In this document: one piece after another, positions 47,153 to 55,913 of the stretch
How positions within the stretch are numbered: position 1 is the stretch's first letter
Layout: every line of letters begins with the position of its first letter
NCBI GenBank assembly: GCA_963796275.1
Contig: CAWCKY010000003.1
Location: 160,001-224,000 of the forward strand
DNA from: an uncultured Acidobacteriota bacterium
GTDB lineage: Bacteria; Acidobacteriota; Blastocatellia; RBC074
DNA length: 64,000 nucleotides
Reading direction: 5' to 3'
Position numbers and translations under genes: made by a program
The notes under the pieces: model-generated
Databases searched by the model: none
Seen by the model: the letters and a program-made list of their open reading frames with translations, nothing else
What the model was told of the DNA's origin: nothing

Positions 47153-47655
47153 TATTAAACATCAATTTTTATCTGGATTGGGAGGAGTATTTCGAAGCGC
47201 AGGAATATTTTCGCCGATATCGTTATAACATCGCTCCCGAAAAAGTGATCGGGGGCGTTCTGATGACGCTCAGCGCGCTCTGGTTCTTTCTTGACGATCT
47301 GAGTCTGTTCGCCATCTTTGGGTTAGTGGCCGGCCTGATAATCATCCTCTCGGCCCCCCATCTTCGCCGCTGGGCTTCGAAGCGGAAATGGAAAAGCGAA
47401 CCGCTTTATCAAACACACCATACGGTCTCGTTCAACGAAGAGGGCATATATTTTTTGATGGGGAGTATCGAATCCAATCTGGATTGGAGGTATTACCAAT
47501 GGATGCTTGAAAGCTCCGACGGGTTTTTGCTGATTTATGGCGACAACTCATTCAATTTTTTTCCGAAGCGGGCATTCCCAGGCGAAGGTATGATCACCGA
47601 ATTCAGATCCCTGGCAACAACAAAGCTAATGAAGAAAACTTTCTCCAATTTATGA
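47149..47655 (+). CDS. YcxB-like membrane protein
   Basis: Two TMs then W..Y....ES..FLL....FPKRAF. Confidence 0.75.
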   Translation: MILNINFYLDWEEYFEAQEYFRRYRYNIAPEKVIGGVLMTLSALWFFLDDLSLFAIFGLVAGLIIILSAPHLRRWASKRKWKSEPLYQTHHTVSFNEEGIYFLMGSIESNLDWRYYQWMLESSDGFLLIYGDNSFNFFPKRAFPGEGMITEFRSLATTKLMKKTFSNL

Positions 47656-48869
47656 CTTTAGATCAACAAATCAACTATTTAACGAAAGGCACCGTCGATG
47701 TAATACCTCTCGATGAGTTCAAATCTAAGATGAACCGAGCTGCGGCGGAGGGGCGCAAGCTTCGGGTGAAAGCCGGATTCGATCCGACGGCCCCCGATCT
47801 ACACATCGGCCACACGGTTCTGATTCGCAAGATGAGGCATTTCCAGCAGCTCGGCCACGACGTTATATTTCTTATCGGCGGTTTCACCGGCCTGATCGGC
47901 GACCCGACTGGGCGCAATGCGACGCGTCCGCCGTTGACGCGGGAGCAGATAAACGCGAATGCCGAGACATACAAGACACAGATATTTAAATTGTTGGACC
48001 CCCAAAAAACCATCATCGAGTTCAATGACAGGTGGATGAACGCGTTCACTCCGGAAGATTTCATCCGTTTGACGTCCAAGGTGACGCTCGCTCAGATGCT
48101 TGAGCGCGATGATTTCTCCAAGCGATTAAATACTGGTATTCCCATTAGTTTGCACGAGCTGCTCTACCCCCTGGTGCAGGGCTACGATTCCGTCGCGCTC
48201 AGGTCGGACGTAGAGCTCGGCGGCACCGACCAGAAGTTCAACCTGTTGATGGCTCGCGAAATACAACGCGCATATGATATAGAGCCGCAGGTGATCATGA
48301 CCACGCCTCTGCTGGAAGGTCTCGATGGCGTAGAAAAGATGTCCAAGAGCAAGAATAATTATATCGGCATCACTGAATCTCCCGATGATATCTATGGTAA
48401 AACGATGTCGATCTCGGATGATCTGATGTTGCGCTACTACGAATTGCTGACGGATCTGACTCCGGCCGAGGTCGGTCAATTGAAAACCGATGTTGAATCT
48501 GGGAAACGTCACCCACGCGATGTGAAATCCGATCTGGCAATGAAACTGGTCGCCGATTTTCATTCGCAGACAGAGGCAGAGCGCGCAGCTGCGGAATTCA
48601 CCCGCCGCTTCGTCGAGGGCCAGGCGCCGGCGAATGTCGAATCCGTATCGATCAAGCCAGTTGCTCAAAAGCTCAAATTGGTCGATCTTCTGGTCGAGGT
48701 AAATCTCGCTCCGTCAAAGGCGGAAGCGCGACGCTTGATTTCGCAAGGTGGTGTGAAACTTAACGGCGAGCGGATAAGCGATGTGAGCTTTGAAATCGAT
48801 ACGAAACAGTCAAATGCGGTACAACTGCGAGTTGGGAAATTGAAATTTTTAGGAGTAGAATTTTTGTAA
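47652..48869 (+). CDS. tyrS: Tyrosine--tRNA ligase
   Basis: GFDPTAPDLHIGH, GGTDQ, KMSKS, C-terminal S4 domain. Confidence 0.98.
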   Translation: MTLDQQINYLTKGTVDVIPLDEFKSKMNRAAAEGRKLRVKAGFDPTAPDLHIGHTVLIRKMRHFQQLGHDVIFLIGGFTGLIGDPTGRNATRPPLTREQINANAETYKTQIFKLLDPQKTIIEFNDRWMNAFTPEDFIRLTSKVTLAQMLERDDFSKRLNTGIPISLHELLYPLVQGYDSVALRSDVELGGTDQKFNLLMAREIQRAYDIEPQVIMTTPLLEGLDGVEKMSKSKNNYIGITESPDDIYGKTMSISDDLMLRYYELLTDLTPAEVGQLKTDVESGKRHPRDVKSDLAMKLVADFHSQTEAERAAAEFTRRFVEGQAPANVESVSIKPVAQKLKLVDLLVEVNLAPSKAEARRLISQGGVKLNGERISDVSFEIDTKQSNAVQLRVGKLKFLGVEFL

Positions 48870-48913
48870 ATTTATACAGCTCGAACAGCTCGAATGATGA
48901 GGAGAATGCTGAA

Positions 48914-49090
48914 AAGTTTGTAGTATCGCTGAGGGTCTTTGAAAATTAGATATTAGTAGTCCCCTGGTAATCTTGAATATAGAAGATTCTAGTCTTGCTG
49001 ATAATCGTTGAAAAATAGAAGTTTATAGTCCTGCTGATAGTCTTTGAATATAGAAGTAAGTGGTACCGCTGTATATTCTTTGAAAATAGA
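48914..49090 (+). repeat. Five degenerate ~35-nt tandem repeats, each ending in a boxA-like core
   Basis: Units begin TAGT/TGGT at 48921, 48957, 48990, 49026, 49061; consensus TAGTCxxGCTGATAxTCTTTGAAWATAG. Confidence 0.85.
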
Positions 49091-49101
49091 TGCAACTTCT
49101 T

Positions 49102-49201
49102 AAATCCCACCGACAGTTCCGTCGGTGGGATTTGGTGAAAAGAAGGTCTTTTGGTCTAGGTGGAAGACTTAACGATCCACCGACATCAGTCGGTGGGATT
49201 T
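49102..49201. repeat. Paired REP/PATE-like palindromes
   Basis: AAATCCCACCGAC-6nt-GTCGGTGGGATTT (49102-49133) and CCACCGAC-ATCA-GTCGGTGG (49177-49196). Confidence 0.75.
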
Positions 49202-49235
49202 GAGCGGGAATTGGGTATATACATAGGAGATAGTT

Positions 49236-49838
49236 ATGCCCGCAAAGAAGAAGACAAAAAAAACCACGAGCAAGAAGAAACTAGCCGGCGCGCAAAAATC
49301 TGCCAAGAAGACAGTGAGTAAGAAAAAGTCTGCGGGCTCGAAGAAACTCGCGAGTAAATTGAAGAGGAATGTGAAGAAATCCTCGAGCAGGAAGAATCAA
49401 ACTGCAAAGTCCGGAAAGCAACCGGAAATTCCGATAAAAGAATCAGGTTTTATCGATGCCGGCCGTTTAGAAACTGAAATTTTTGAGCCTGACCCTGAGG
49501 TGAAAGGCGAATTCGCCGAAGCCGCGGTCCTGGGAGATCCCAGCCGCCGTTTCTTGCTCAATGAGCTTCGTGAGAACTCCCCCGCGGAATCTCCGGTTAT
49601 CTCGGGAGGCGATATCGATGCGGCCTGGGATCAGTCCGATGTATCCGGCGAAGAGACCGTAGGAGGCTCAAACCCAACTCCGGATCAAGATATAGTAGAG
49701 GATCTGGGTAAAGCGGCGGGATTGACATATCAGGACAACGAACCGCTCGACACGACAGAAAAAGTGACGGAGCGGGATCGCCACCGTTGGGAACTCGAAC
49801 CGGAATCATCCGAAGATTTCGATGAGAGAAATAATTGA
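49236..49838 (+). CDS. DUF6335-like protein with Lys-rich N-terminal tail
   Basis: SGGDIDAAW...GEETVGGSNPTPDQDIVE..G.A.G..Y, RDRHRWEL.PES. Confidence 0.8.
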   Translation: MPAKKKTKKTTSKKKLAGAQKSAKKTVSKKKSAGSKKLASKLKRNVKKSSSRKNQTAKSGKQPEIPIKESGFIDAGRLETEIFEPDPEVKGEFAEAAVLGDPSRRFLLNELRENSPAESPVISGGDIDAAWDQSDVSGEETVGGSNPTPDQDIVEDLGKAAGLTYQDNEPLDTTEKVTERDRHRWELEPESSEDFDERNN

Positions 49839-49930
49839 AATCGATATTTGATAGCTAATCTGGGATTCGAGATCATCATCAAATTGCCAATTATCAATTA
49901 TCAATTATCAATTCTCTGTTCCCAATTATC

Positions 49931-49959
49931 TTGACCGGCTTTTTCGGGATACATATAAT
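49931..49959 (+). promoter_or_regulatory. Sigma70 promoter of tRNA-Leu
   Basis: TTGACC-17bp-TATAAT. Confidence 0.75.
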
Positions 49960-49989
49960 CGCCTGGCTTGATTAGCGTTTGAAATTTAA

Positions 49990-50073
49990 GGGGACGTGGC
50001 GGAATTGGTAGACGCGCAGGTCTCAAAAACCTGTGTCCGAAAGGACGTGTGGGTTCGATTCCCACCATCCCCA
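49990..50073 (+). tRNA. tRNA-Leu(CAA)
   Basis: Cloverleaf: D arm GCGGAATTGGTAGACGC, anticodon arm CAGGT-CTCAAAA-ACCTG, long variable arm GTCC-GAAA-GGAC, GTTCGATT; CCA not encoded. Confidence 0.97.
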
Positions 50074-50144
50074 CTAGCGTCTTGATCGATATCCATAATC
50101 AAATCACTACTTTGGAAACTCAGCCTAATCATATAGTAATGTCC

Positions 50145-50173
50145 GGTACACATTTGGGTACACACCGAACACA
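50145..50173. repeat. Putative integrase arm-type sites
   Basis: GGTACACA at 50145 and 50157 (12-bp spacing) plus GAACACA at 50167, ~70 bp inside the element end. Confidence 0.5.
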
Positions 50174-50178
50174 TCCTT

Positions 50179-50469
50179 TCAAGATTTTCGAGACTTATTA
50201 GAGAGATTCTCTCCCTTCTTCGAAGACTTCTTGGAGGTCTTAGATTCTGACTCCTTAGCTTTGCCTCTCTTGCCCTGACTCTTCTTCGGGTCCCAATCCT
50301 CGAAATCTTCAACTCTCTCTTTAGGAACGAACCATACAGTGATGTTGCCGAAGGGTTGAGATATTGCACCTTTCACCTTGCCCTGCCTCAGCCAACGAAT
50401 GACGGTGTTGTATGGTCTGTCTATCTTCTCAGCAAATTCCGTTGAAGTCATAAATCTGTCTGTCTCCAT
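50179..50469 (-). CDS. Excisionase/MerR-like HTH DNA-binding protein with basic tail
   Basis: MTSTEFAEKI...NTVIRWLRQGKV.GA. Confidence 0.8.
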   Translation of the reverse strand: METDRFMTSTEFAEKIDRPYNTVIRWLRQGKVKGAISQPFGNITVWFVPKERVEDFEDWDPKKSQGKRGKAKESESKTSKKSSKKGENLSNKSRKS

Positions 50470-50482
50470 TCTTGGAATTTAT

Positions 50483-50599
50483 AAGTGATCGATCACTTTT
50501 TCAATACTACAGGAGAGCAGATATCCCAGTCAATAAAAAGTGATCTATGATCTAGCAGTTTTTTGTTGACTCAATAAACTGATATGGATACTATCACTT
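50483..50599. promoter_or_regulatory. Divergent promoter region with palindromic operator
   Basis: Perfect palindrome AAGTGATCGATCACTT 50483-50498, half sites at 50538 and 50593; TTGACT-17bp-TACTAT 50566-50594. Confidence 0.65.
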
Positions 50600-50629
50600 A
50601 GATGTCAATCACAGAGGAGACCAAGACCT

Positions 50630-50953
50630 ATGACACTAAACACAATCAAACTCACAGAAGTAGTCACCAAAGCTAAAAGAACAATTCAGAACAACATATC
50701 TCTGTCTAGGATTGAAAAGGCAGTCTGGAACCGGTCTATCACAAAAGCTGAGGAAGTTCTTCTCTCAAATCCCTTCATATATCTCCAGGATGATGGGGAC
50801 GTTCTGATGCTCTCCACCTCTTCCAACCAGCTCTATGTCATCAATGGGAAGTGCATCGATGAGAAGGGCCATTCCTGTAAGGGATATTCAATGACAGGTG
50901 TCTGCTATCACCGGACAGTCAAACGGCTCCTGGAACGGTATCAACAAGCTTAG
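50630..50953 (+). CDS. SWIM-like zinc-finger protein
   Basis: Y.....C.......CKG.....CYH pattern; GAGGAG RBS. Confidence 0.7.
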   Translation: MTLNTIKLTEVVTKAKRTIQNNISLSRIEKAVWNRSITKAEEVLLSNPFIYLQDDGDVLMLSTSSNQLYVINGKCIDEKGHSCKGYSMTGVCYHRTVKRLLERYQQA

Positions 50954-51021
50954 ACAGATGGAGATGTCCCGGCCTCGAATCTGGGGCCGGGATTTGTCGT
51001 CTGTAGGAAGGAGATCGAGAG

Positions 51022-51230
51022 ATGAACACCCCCCTATCTATACCTCAACTACTATCCACCTGAAGCAGCTCCCTGATGACAGTTGGAAGTGGGGTTACAA
51101 CTCCTCCCTTCAGAGAGGTGTGGTCCTCTGGGGTCGGGACAGCTTCGAGACAGAGGCAGAGGCTCTGGAGGATGCTCAAAGGGCCTTCCCTCATTCAAGG
51201 TTGAAGATCGAAAGAGAGGAGACCATATGA
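51022..51230 (+). CDS. Small hypothetical protein, probable C-run frameshift near 51030
   Basis: AGGAG RBS plus ATG 51022 is out of frame by one with the WKWGY...FETEAEA ORF; one extra C in the C6 run restores it. Confidence 0.45.
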
Positions 51231-51532
51231 ATTCTCCTGATCAATTCATCACCATCGGAGGGAAACGTTACAGGAAGCCTAGACCTATGATCAGGCCCAG
51301 GGAAGAGCAAGATAGGCTCGATGATATCGGCCTCCAACTTCATGAAGTCCTTCACAAAACAGCCTCTCTCCTGTCTCAGCTCGAAGGATGGGGAAGGGAT
51401 CAGAGATATTCATACAGCATCCCACAGGCCCTTTTTGAACTATTGGGCCGGACAGATGAAGGGGCCTCTGTAGTGGCTTCGAAGGCATTCCTAGAGACCC
51501 TAGGCTATAGAGTGGAGGAGATCAAAAAATGA
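51227..51532 (+). CDS. Hypothetical protein
   Basis: GAGGAG RBS, ATGA overlaps on both sides. Confidence 0.7.
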   Translation: MNSPDQFITIGGKRYRKPRPMIRPREEQDRLDDIGLQLHEVLHKTASLLSQLEGWGRDQRYSYSIPQALFELLGRTDEGASVVASKAFLETLGYRVEEIKK

Positions 51533-52332
51533 AGAGACGATTTCTAAGTGAAAGATGGCAGATGGCCTTAGTAGGTCTCGGACTCTGGTTACTCCTGGCC
51601 TTCTGGTCTGTCAGAGCCTTTGTCAGACATATACAGAGTCTGGGTGAATCTGACTCCTTTGATTGGATAGGAGCCACAGCGGGAGAGTTTGCATTATTGG
51701 CCTTCATCCTCTGGCATTGCTTCTCCGTTCATATCAATGTCAGGAGATGGTCTCTCATCTTCGCATTTGTCCTCGGGGCTGTGATTCTCGTTCATTCCGG
51801 GGCATTGAGAGGAATCAGAGAGGCCACCGTGAGACAGGATCAGACGGTGACACAGTTGAAGGATTCATTGACTCAGATGAGCAAAGAACAGATGGAAGCT
51901 GTCAAAGGTGCTAGTGATGAGGAGTTGAACCCTATCTCTCGCAGATCAGCAGACAGAGCAGCAGCTCAGGCAAAGAAAGACATCGCTACTACAGCTCAGG
52001 GGAAAGTTGCAGAGGAGATCAAAGCAGGAACGGAGAAAGTCAAATCATCATCGATCCTTCCAAAGTGGTATCTCGATGGATGGAGTTATTCTGTCATCTT
52101 CGCTCTGGCATCAGCGATGGTGACTGTGATTTTCTTTATGATGATGAACATCGAGGATATAGACAGGAACTTTGACAATATCCCTGACAGACTTCAGACC
52201 ACTACACCTGGCCAATCTACCAGAAGCTTTACCCCTATCTATCATTCACCTATTGAACAAAAGGCTTCCAGACCTGGAGTAGTCAGAGGGAATGGGATTG
52301 ATAAACCTGGAGGCAATCAATCTCACTCCTGA
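51529..52332 (+). CDS. Four-TM membrane protein with central coiled coil
   Basis: Three N-terminal TMs, Q/E/K/A-rich helix, fourth TM; GGAGG RBS. Confidence 0.8.
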   Translation: MKRRFLSERWQMALVGLGLWLLLAFWSVRAFVRHIQSLGESDSFDWIGATAGEFALLAFILWHCFSVHINVRRWSLIFAFVLGAVILVHSGALRGIREATVRQDQTVTQLKDSLTQMSKEQMEAVKGASDEELNPISRRSADRAAAQAKKDIATTAQGKVAEEIKAGTEKVKSSSILPKWYLDGWSYSVIFALASAMVTVIFFMMMNIEDIDRNFDNIPDRLQTTTPGQSTRSFTPIYHSPIEQKASRPGVVRGNGIDKPGGNQSHS

Positions 52333-52819
52333 ACCTGTCCTCACAGCGAATCGGGAGAGACAGGATGGGGGTATGGATTCGCAACGGGAGGCAACTACCG
52401 GAAATGAGGTTGCTTTTCCTCCTGTTACTTCCGTAGTAAAACCACCATCTACTTCCGAAGTAAAACCACAGGCAAAGGGGGGATTCACTTCTGAATTTAC
52501 TTCCGAAGTAAAAGAGCCACAAAGGGAGGAATTTACTTCCGAAGTACAACGATCACAACATGTTGACCTATTTGAGCTTAGCTCACTTAAGGAGAATCTA
52601 TTTTGGAGGCCGGTAAAATTCGTCAGAAAGAAGCATTACCCCAAGGTAGTTCCAGACGGATGTGCCTGGAAACAGGATGGAGGGGGATTCACCCTGAGCA
52701 GACAGAGACCAACTAAGTATCTAGGATATTTTCGCAGAGATGTGATCTCAACTTTGGAGAAGAAATATGGCAGGAAAACGAAACGTACAAGAAAAGATAG
52801 ATCTCGAAGGACTACCTAA
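52292..52819 (+). CDS. Hypothetical protein with TSEV repeats and basic C-terminal domain
   Basis: 175-aa ORF overlapping neighbours; K/R-rich C-terminus. Confidence 0.7.
   Translation: MGLINLEAINLTPEPVLTANRERQDGGMDSQREATTGNEVAFPPVTSVVKPPSTSEVKPQAKGGFTSEFTSEVKEPQREEFTSEVQRSQHVDLFELSSLKENLFWRPVKFVRKKHYPKVVPDGCAWKQDGGGFTLSRQRPTKYLGYFRRDVISTLEKKYGRKTKRTRKDRSRRTT
52426..52546. repeat. Array of 13-bp palindromes TACTTC-C-GAAGTA inside a CDS
   Basis: Copies at 52426 (1 mismatch), 52450, 52498, 52534 and a partial at 52486; spacings are multiples of 12. Confidence 0.85.
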
Positions 52820-53060
52820 AGAGACTGTAGCAGCTGTGGTGATAGCTCAGATGTATCAGATACAAGCTATTGCCAACAATCTACCTAACGAAGGTGATAA
52901 GCATCTGCTCTATGTGGAAAGTAACATAGTGCTCGATCTACTCCAGGGATATACAACCCCTGATGCTGTGAAGGCCATCCCTGAGATACAGGCTATTTTA
53001 GAGAAAGGAGAAGAAGGTGTCTCCCTCACCCATAGACGAAAAGAGCCAGATCGAAAATGA
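52767..53060 (+). CDS. Hypothetical protein
   Basis: 97-aa ORF with GGAG RBS ending the operon. Confidence 0.65.
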   Translation: MAGKRNVQEKIDLEGLPKETVAAVVIAQMYQIQAIANNLPNEGDKHLLYVESNIVLDLLQGYTTPDAVKAIPEIQAILEKGEEGVSLTHRRKEPDRK

Positions 53061-53333
53061 CCTGGCTCTCTTGTGTTAGATTTCAGGGGTAACCCCAATG
53101 CCTACCCCTCAACGTTGGTCATATGTTTCTATGGGATGTCTCCTTCCCCTGTCATTGCCATGTACGATCTCCTGGCTACTTTGTTCTGACTTTTTTCCAA
53201 CTTTTTTCGTTATGGTGACCATATCCGAAATGTTGAACATGGATCATAGGGAGTATAGAATGACGCCCACAATCAACCGATATCATCGGATGCCACTGGT
53301 CGTAGTCAGACCACTACTCATCCAAGGAGAGGT

Positions 53334-53603
53334 ATGGCCTTAACAAAAGAACAACAAGATGCCTTGCTTTTAGCTTTTCGACAGAGCTGGTCAGGAAGAC
53401 AGTGCCCCATATGCCAGGCAGACAGTTGGGAAGTCTCAGACAGCATATTCGGCCTACCAGAATTTAGTCATGGACTTCTCTCAGGAAGAGGAGGGGCCTT
53501 TTATCCAGTTGTGCCGGTAAACTGCAACAACTGTGGTTATGTTATCTTTTTCAGTGCCATTAAATTAGGACTCTTTGGCGAGCCTCCACAAATAAGAGGA
53601 TAA
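53334..53603 (+). CDS. Zinc-ribbon protein
   Basis: CPIC...CNNCG; AGGAG RBS. Confidence 0.75.
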   Translation: MALTKEQQDALLLAFRQSWSGRQCPICQADSWEVSDSIFGLPEFSHGLLSGRGGAFYPVVPVNCNNCGYVIFFSAIKLGLFGEPPQIRG

Positions 53604-53606
53604 AGC

Positions 53607-54056
53607 ATGCCACAGACGCCAATTAAATTCACAAACCAAAATTACCTCTTGCCTCCTAAAGAACAACCTGTCTATCCGATTGAAGTAAGAAACCTGGAGC
53701 GTCTGGAGAAGATGATCAAAAGAATTGATCAGCAAGGTGGTTTCTATCAAAACTTGGGGTTTGGCTCAGCAGGTGTAGCGACAGGTGCTTTGACTTCTTT
53801 GATTTCGTTAAATTACGCTCAAGGAGTCTCAGTAACGATCTTGGTAATTAGCTGGGGACTCCTTTTTGCCTCATTCGCTGTAGCAGTCTTCGGATTCATA
53901 GCCAGTACCCGGGAGCGTCAACAACTTCGAGTCTCCAAGGAGGATTTATTGGCTGAGGTGCAATGGATCAAAGAGAGTGTTTACGCCCCTGAAACTGAGA
54001 CGACTGTTGCCTCTACCTCCTCTGACATAGGGCATCGAAAAGGCTCTCAGGATTGA
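53607..54056 (+). CDS. Two-TM hypothetical protein
   Basis: Two hydrophobic segments, GAGG RBS. Confidence 0.7.
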   Translation: MPQTPIKFTNQNYLLPPKEQPVYPIEVRNLERLEKMIKRIDQQGGFYQNLGFGSAGVATGALTSLISLNYAQGVSVTILVISWGLLFASFAVAVFGFIASTRERQQLRVSKEDLLAEVQWIKESVYAPETETTVASTSSDIGHRKGSQD

Positions 54057-54104
54057 GTCTCACTGATGCTTGCCCTTCACATCCTTCGTTTTTATTTAAA
54101 CTGG

Positions 54105-54263
54105 CTATCCTTCCTGCGATATCTTCTGTCTCAACGATTCGAAAAGGGCAGATGGACTGAGCTTCTCATCAGCCTCTCCCTCATGTTCTTCATCGATGAT
54201 CTCAACTAGCCATCGCCACTTGATCAGTTCATCTTCTGTTACTTCTCTATTTTCAGGTTTCAT
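54105..54263 (-). CDS. Small acidic hypothetical protein (52 aa, below ORF-track cutoff)
   Basis: Hand translation MKPENREVTEDELIKWRWLVEIIDEE...QEG. Confidence 0.4.
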   Translation of the reverse strand: MKPENREVTEDELIKWRWLVEIIDEEHEGEADEKLSPSALFESLRQKISQEG

Positions 54264-54476
54264 AACTCAATTCTAGCATCTTTGTCATGTCCCCTTCGAG
54301 TTGTCTCAGGGGTAGGGGTGGGGGTATGTGGGAGGGATTTTGTCTCCAGGGGAATTTTTTTGTTTTTCTTCCTTTCGTTGCAGCAAACGTTGAAGGCTGA
54401 TCATGGTGTGGGTAGAATGCACCTGCTTCAGCAGTACTCAGACAGAAGTCAGCCCTTATCGGAGGTGAATTGAAAG

Positions 54477-55190
54477 ATGCTTGAACCGGGGAGTTGGACG
54501 CAATTGATAGCAGCTATCGCAACTCTACTAGCCGTAATAGTCGCTTTGATTAAAGAGCGAATCATATCTTGGTGGTTTCCTCCTAAGCTGACCATGAAGG
54601 CTCGACAGCATCCACCTGATATCGATCATATCCCGTTCAGGTATCCAATGCGTGGCACTCCTCCAGGCTTTCCACCTGTCTATCTGGAGGCAGACTGCTA
54701 CTTCCTACGTCTATGGGTTCAGAATGATGGGAAGTCGAGAGCTGAGAAGGTGCAAGTCTTCGTTTCGGAGATTCTTCGGGAAAGGGCTGGTGAGTTTATC
54801 CCTATGAGTTCATTTATTCCCATGAATCTACGTTGGGGGTTTGGGAGTGAAACTCCAACCCATGCTGAAGTGTTTGCAGATGGGATTTCCCCTGGCATGG
54901 GTGTGCACTGCAATCTCGCACAAATCATCGACTTCAGTAAAAGAAAGGAAGTGGGAGATGACCATCCTGACGCTAAACCAGAAGAGACAGTTATACGTTT
55001 AACAACTGAGATGCACCCAACGAACCGTTGCAATGTTCTCATACCGGGAACTTATAGACTGAAACTCAAGATTGCAGGGTCCAACTGTAGACCCAAAGAC
55101 TATACGGTCCAAATCACACTCTTTGGCAAATGGTTTCAGGAAAGGGAAAAGATGCTTCAAGACGGAGTACTGATGAAAATCATGGACTGA
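54477..55190 (+). CDS. Hypothetical protein with N-terminal TM
   Basis: GGAGG RBS; TM then beta-rich domain. Confidence 0.75.
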   Translation: MLEPGSWTQLIAAIATLLAVIVALIKERIISWWFPPKLTMKARQHPPDIDHIPFRYPMRGTPPGFPPVYLEADCYFLRLWVQNDGKSRAEKVQVFVSEILRERAGEFIPMSSFIPMNLRWGFGSETPTHAEVFADGISPGMGVHCNLAQIIDFSKRKEVGDDHPDAKPEETVIRLTTEMHPTNRCNVLIPGTYRLKLKIAGSNCRPKDYTVQITLFGKWFQEREKMLQDGVLMKIMD

Positions 55191-55235
55191 CCTCAGTTGA
55201 GGGAGAGAGTTTTAGGGAAGAGATAAGCTGAGATA

Positions 55236-55913
55236 ATGAATTATCTTCGAGACATGGATTTTTGGCTAAAAGCTGGCCCCACACTGGCAGCAGTGATTGT
55301 TCCATTCTTAACGTATCTCTGGCTTGCACGAAGTATGTCGAAGGCTATCGAGCGTTACAAGATAGACCTTAGCAAAGAGCTAGAACATTACAAGGCAGAT
55401 ATCAGTAAAGAGCTGGAGATTCATAAGGCTCAGTTACAGGCCAGCTTTCAGACCAGATTCTATGAGTATCAGACTAGATATGGGTGGCTTCATCAGAGGA
55501 CGGCAGAGGCCATTGAGAAGCTATATATGCTGGCAGCAAGGGTTCAGAGTGATTTGCAGACAGGGGTAACTGATAGTCATGAGGTACGTAACCAGACGGA
55601 GGATGAGCATTACAAAGAGGCTGAGGCTCACCTTCAGGATATGATTAACTACTTTGATGAAAAAAGAATCTACTTTGATAAGGAGACCTCTAGTGCAGTT
55701 TTAAGTATAGTGGAGATGACGAATGCTGTTTATGATCGGCATAGGGGTGGTCTTCAGCATTTTAAGGCACCCCCTGAGTTGGAAGAAGCACTAAAACAGA
55801 ATGCTGCCTCATTGATAGATGCTGTGGGTGTTTTGATGGGTTTTCTCGATTACAGATTCAGGAAGCTTCTCGAAGCTGAGATGCCAAACCACCAAGGTAA
55901 AGAGAGGTTTTGA
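55236..55913 (+). CDS. Hypothetical protein, N-terminal TM plus coiled coil
   Basis: TM, repeated SKELE heptads, helical C-terminus. Confidence 0.75.
   Translation: MNYLRDMDFWLKAGPTLAAVIVPFLTYLWLARSMSKAIERYKIDLSKELEHYKADISKELEIHKAQLQASFQTRFYEYQTRYGWLHQRTAEAIEKLYMLAARVQSDLQTGVTDSHEVRNQTEDEHYKEAEAHLQDMINYFDEKRIYFDKETSSAVLSIVEMTNAVYDRHRGGLQHFKAPPELEEALKQNAASLIDAVGVLMGFLDYRFRKLLEAEMPNHQGKERF

Noticed and set aside
48914-49090. CRISPR array or type III toxin-antitoxin (ToxI-like) array
   Set aside because: Variable linkers are only ~7 nt, repeats are degenerate and no cas genes are present; the downstream DUF6335-like protein does not resemble ToxN-type RNases
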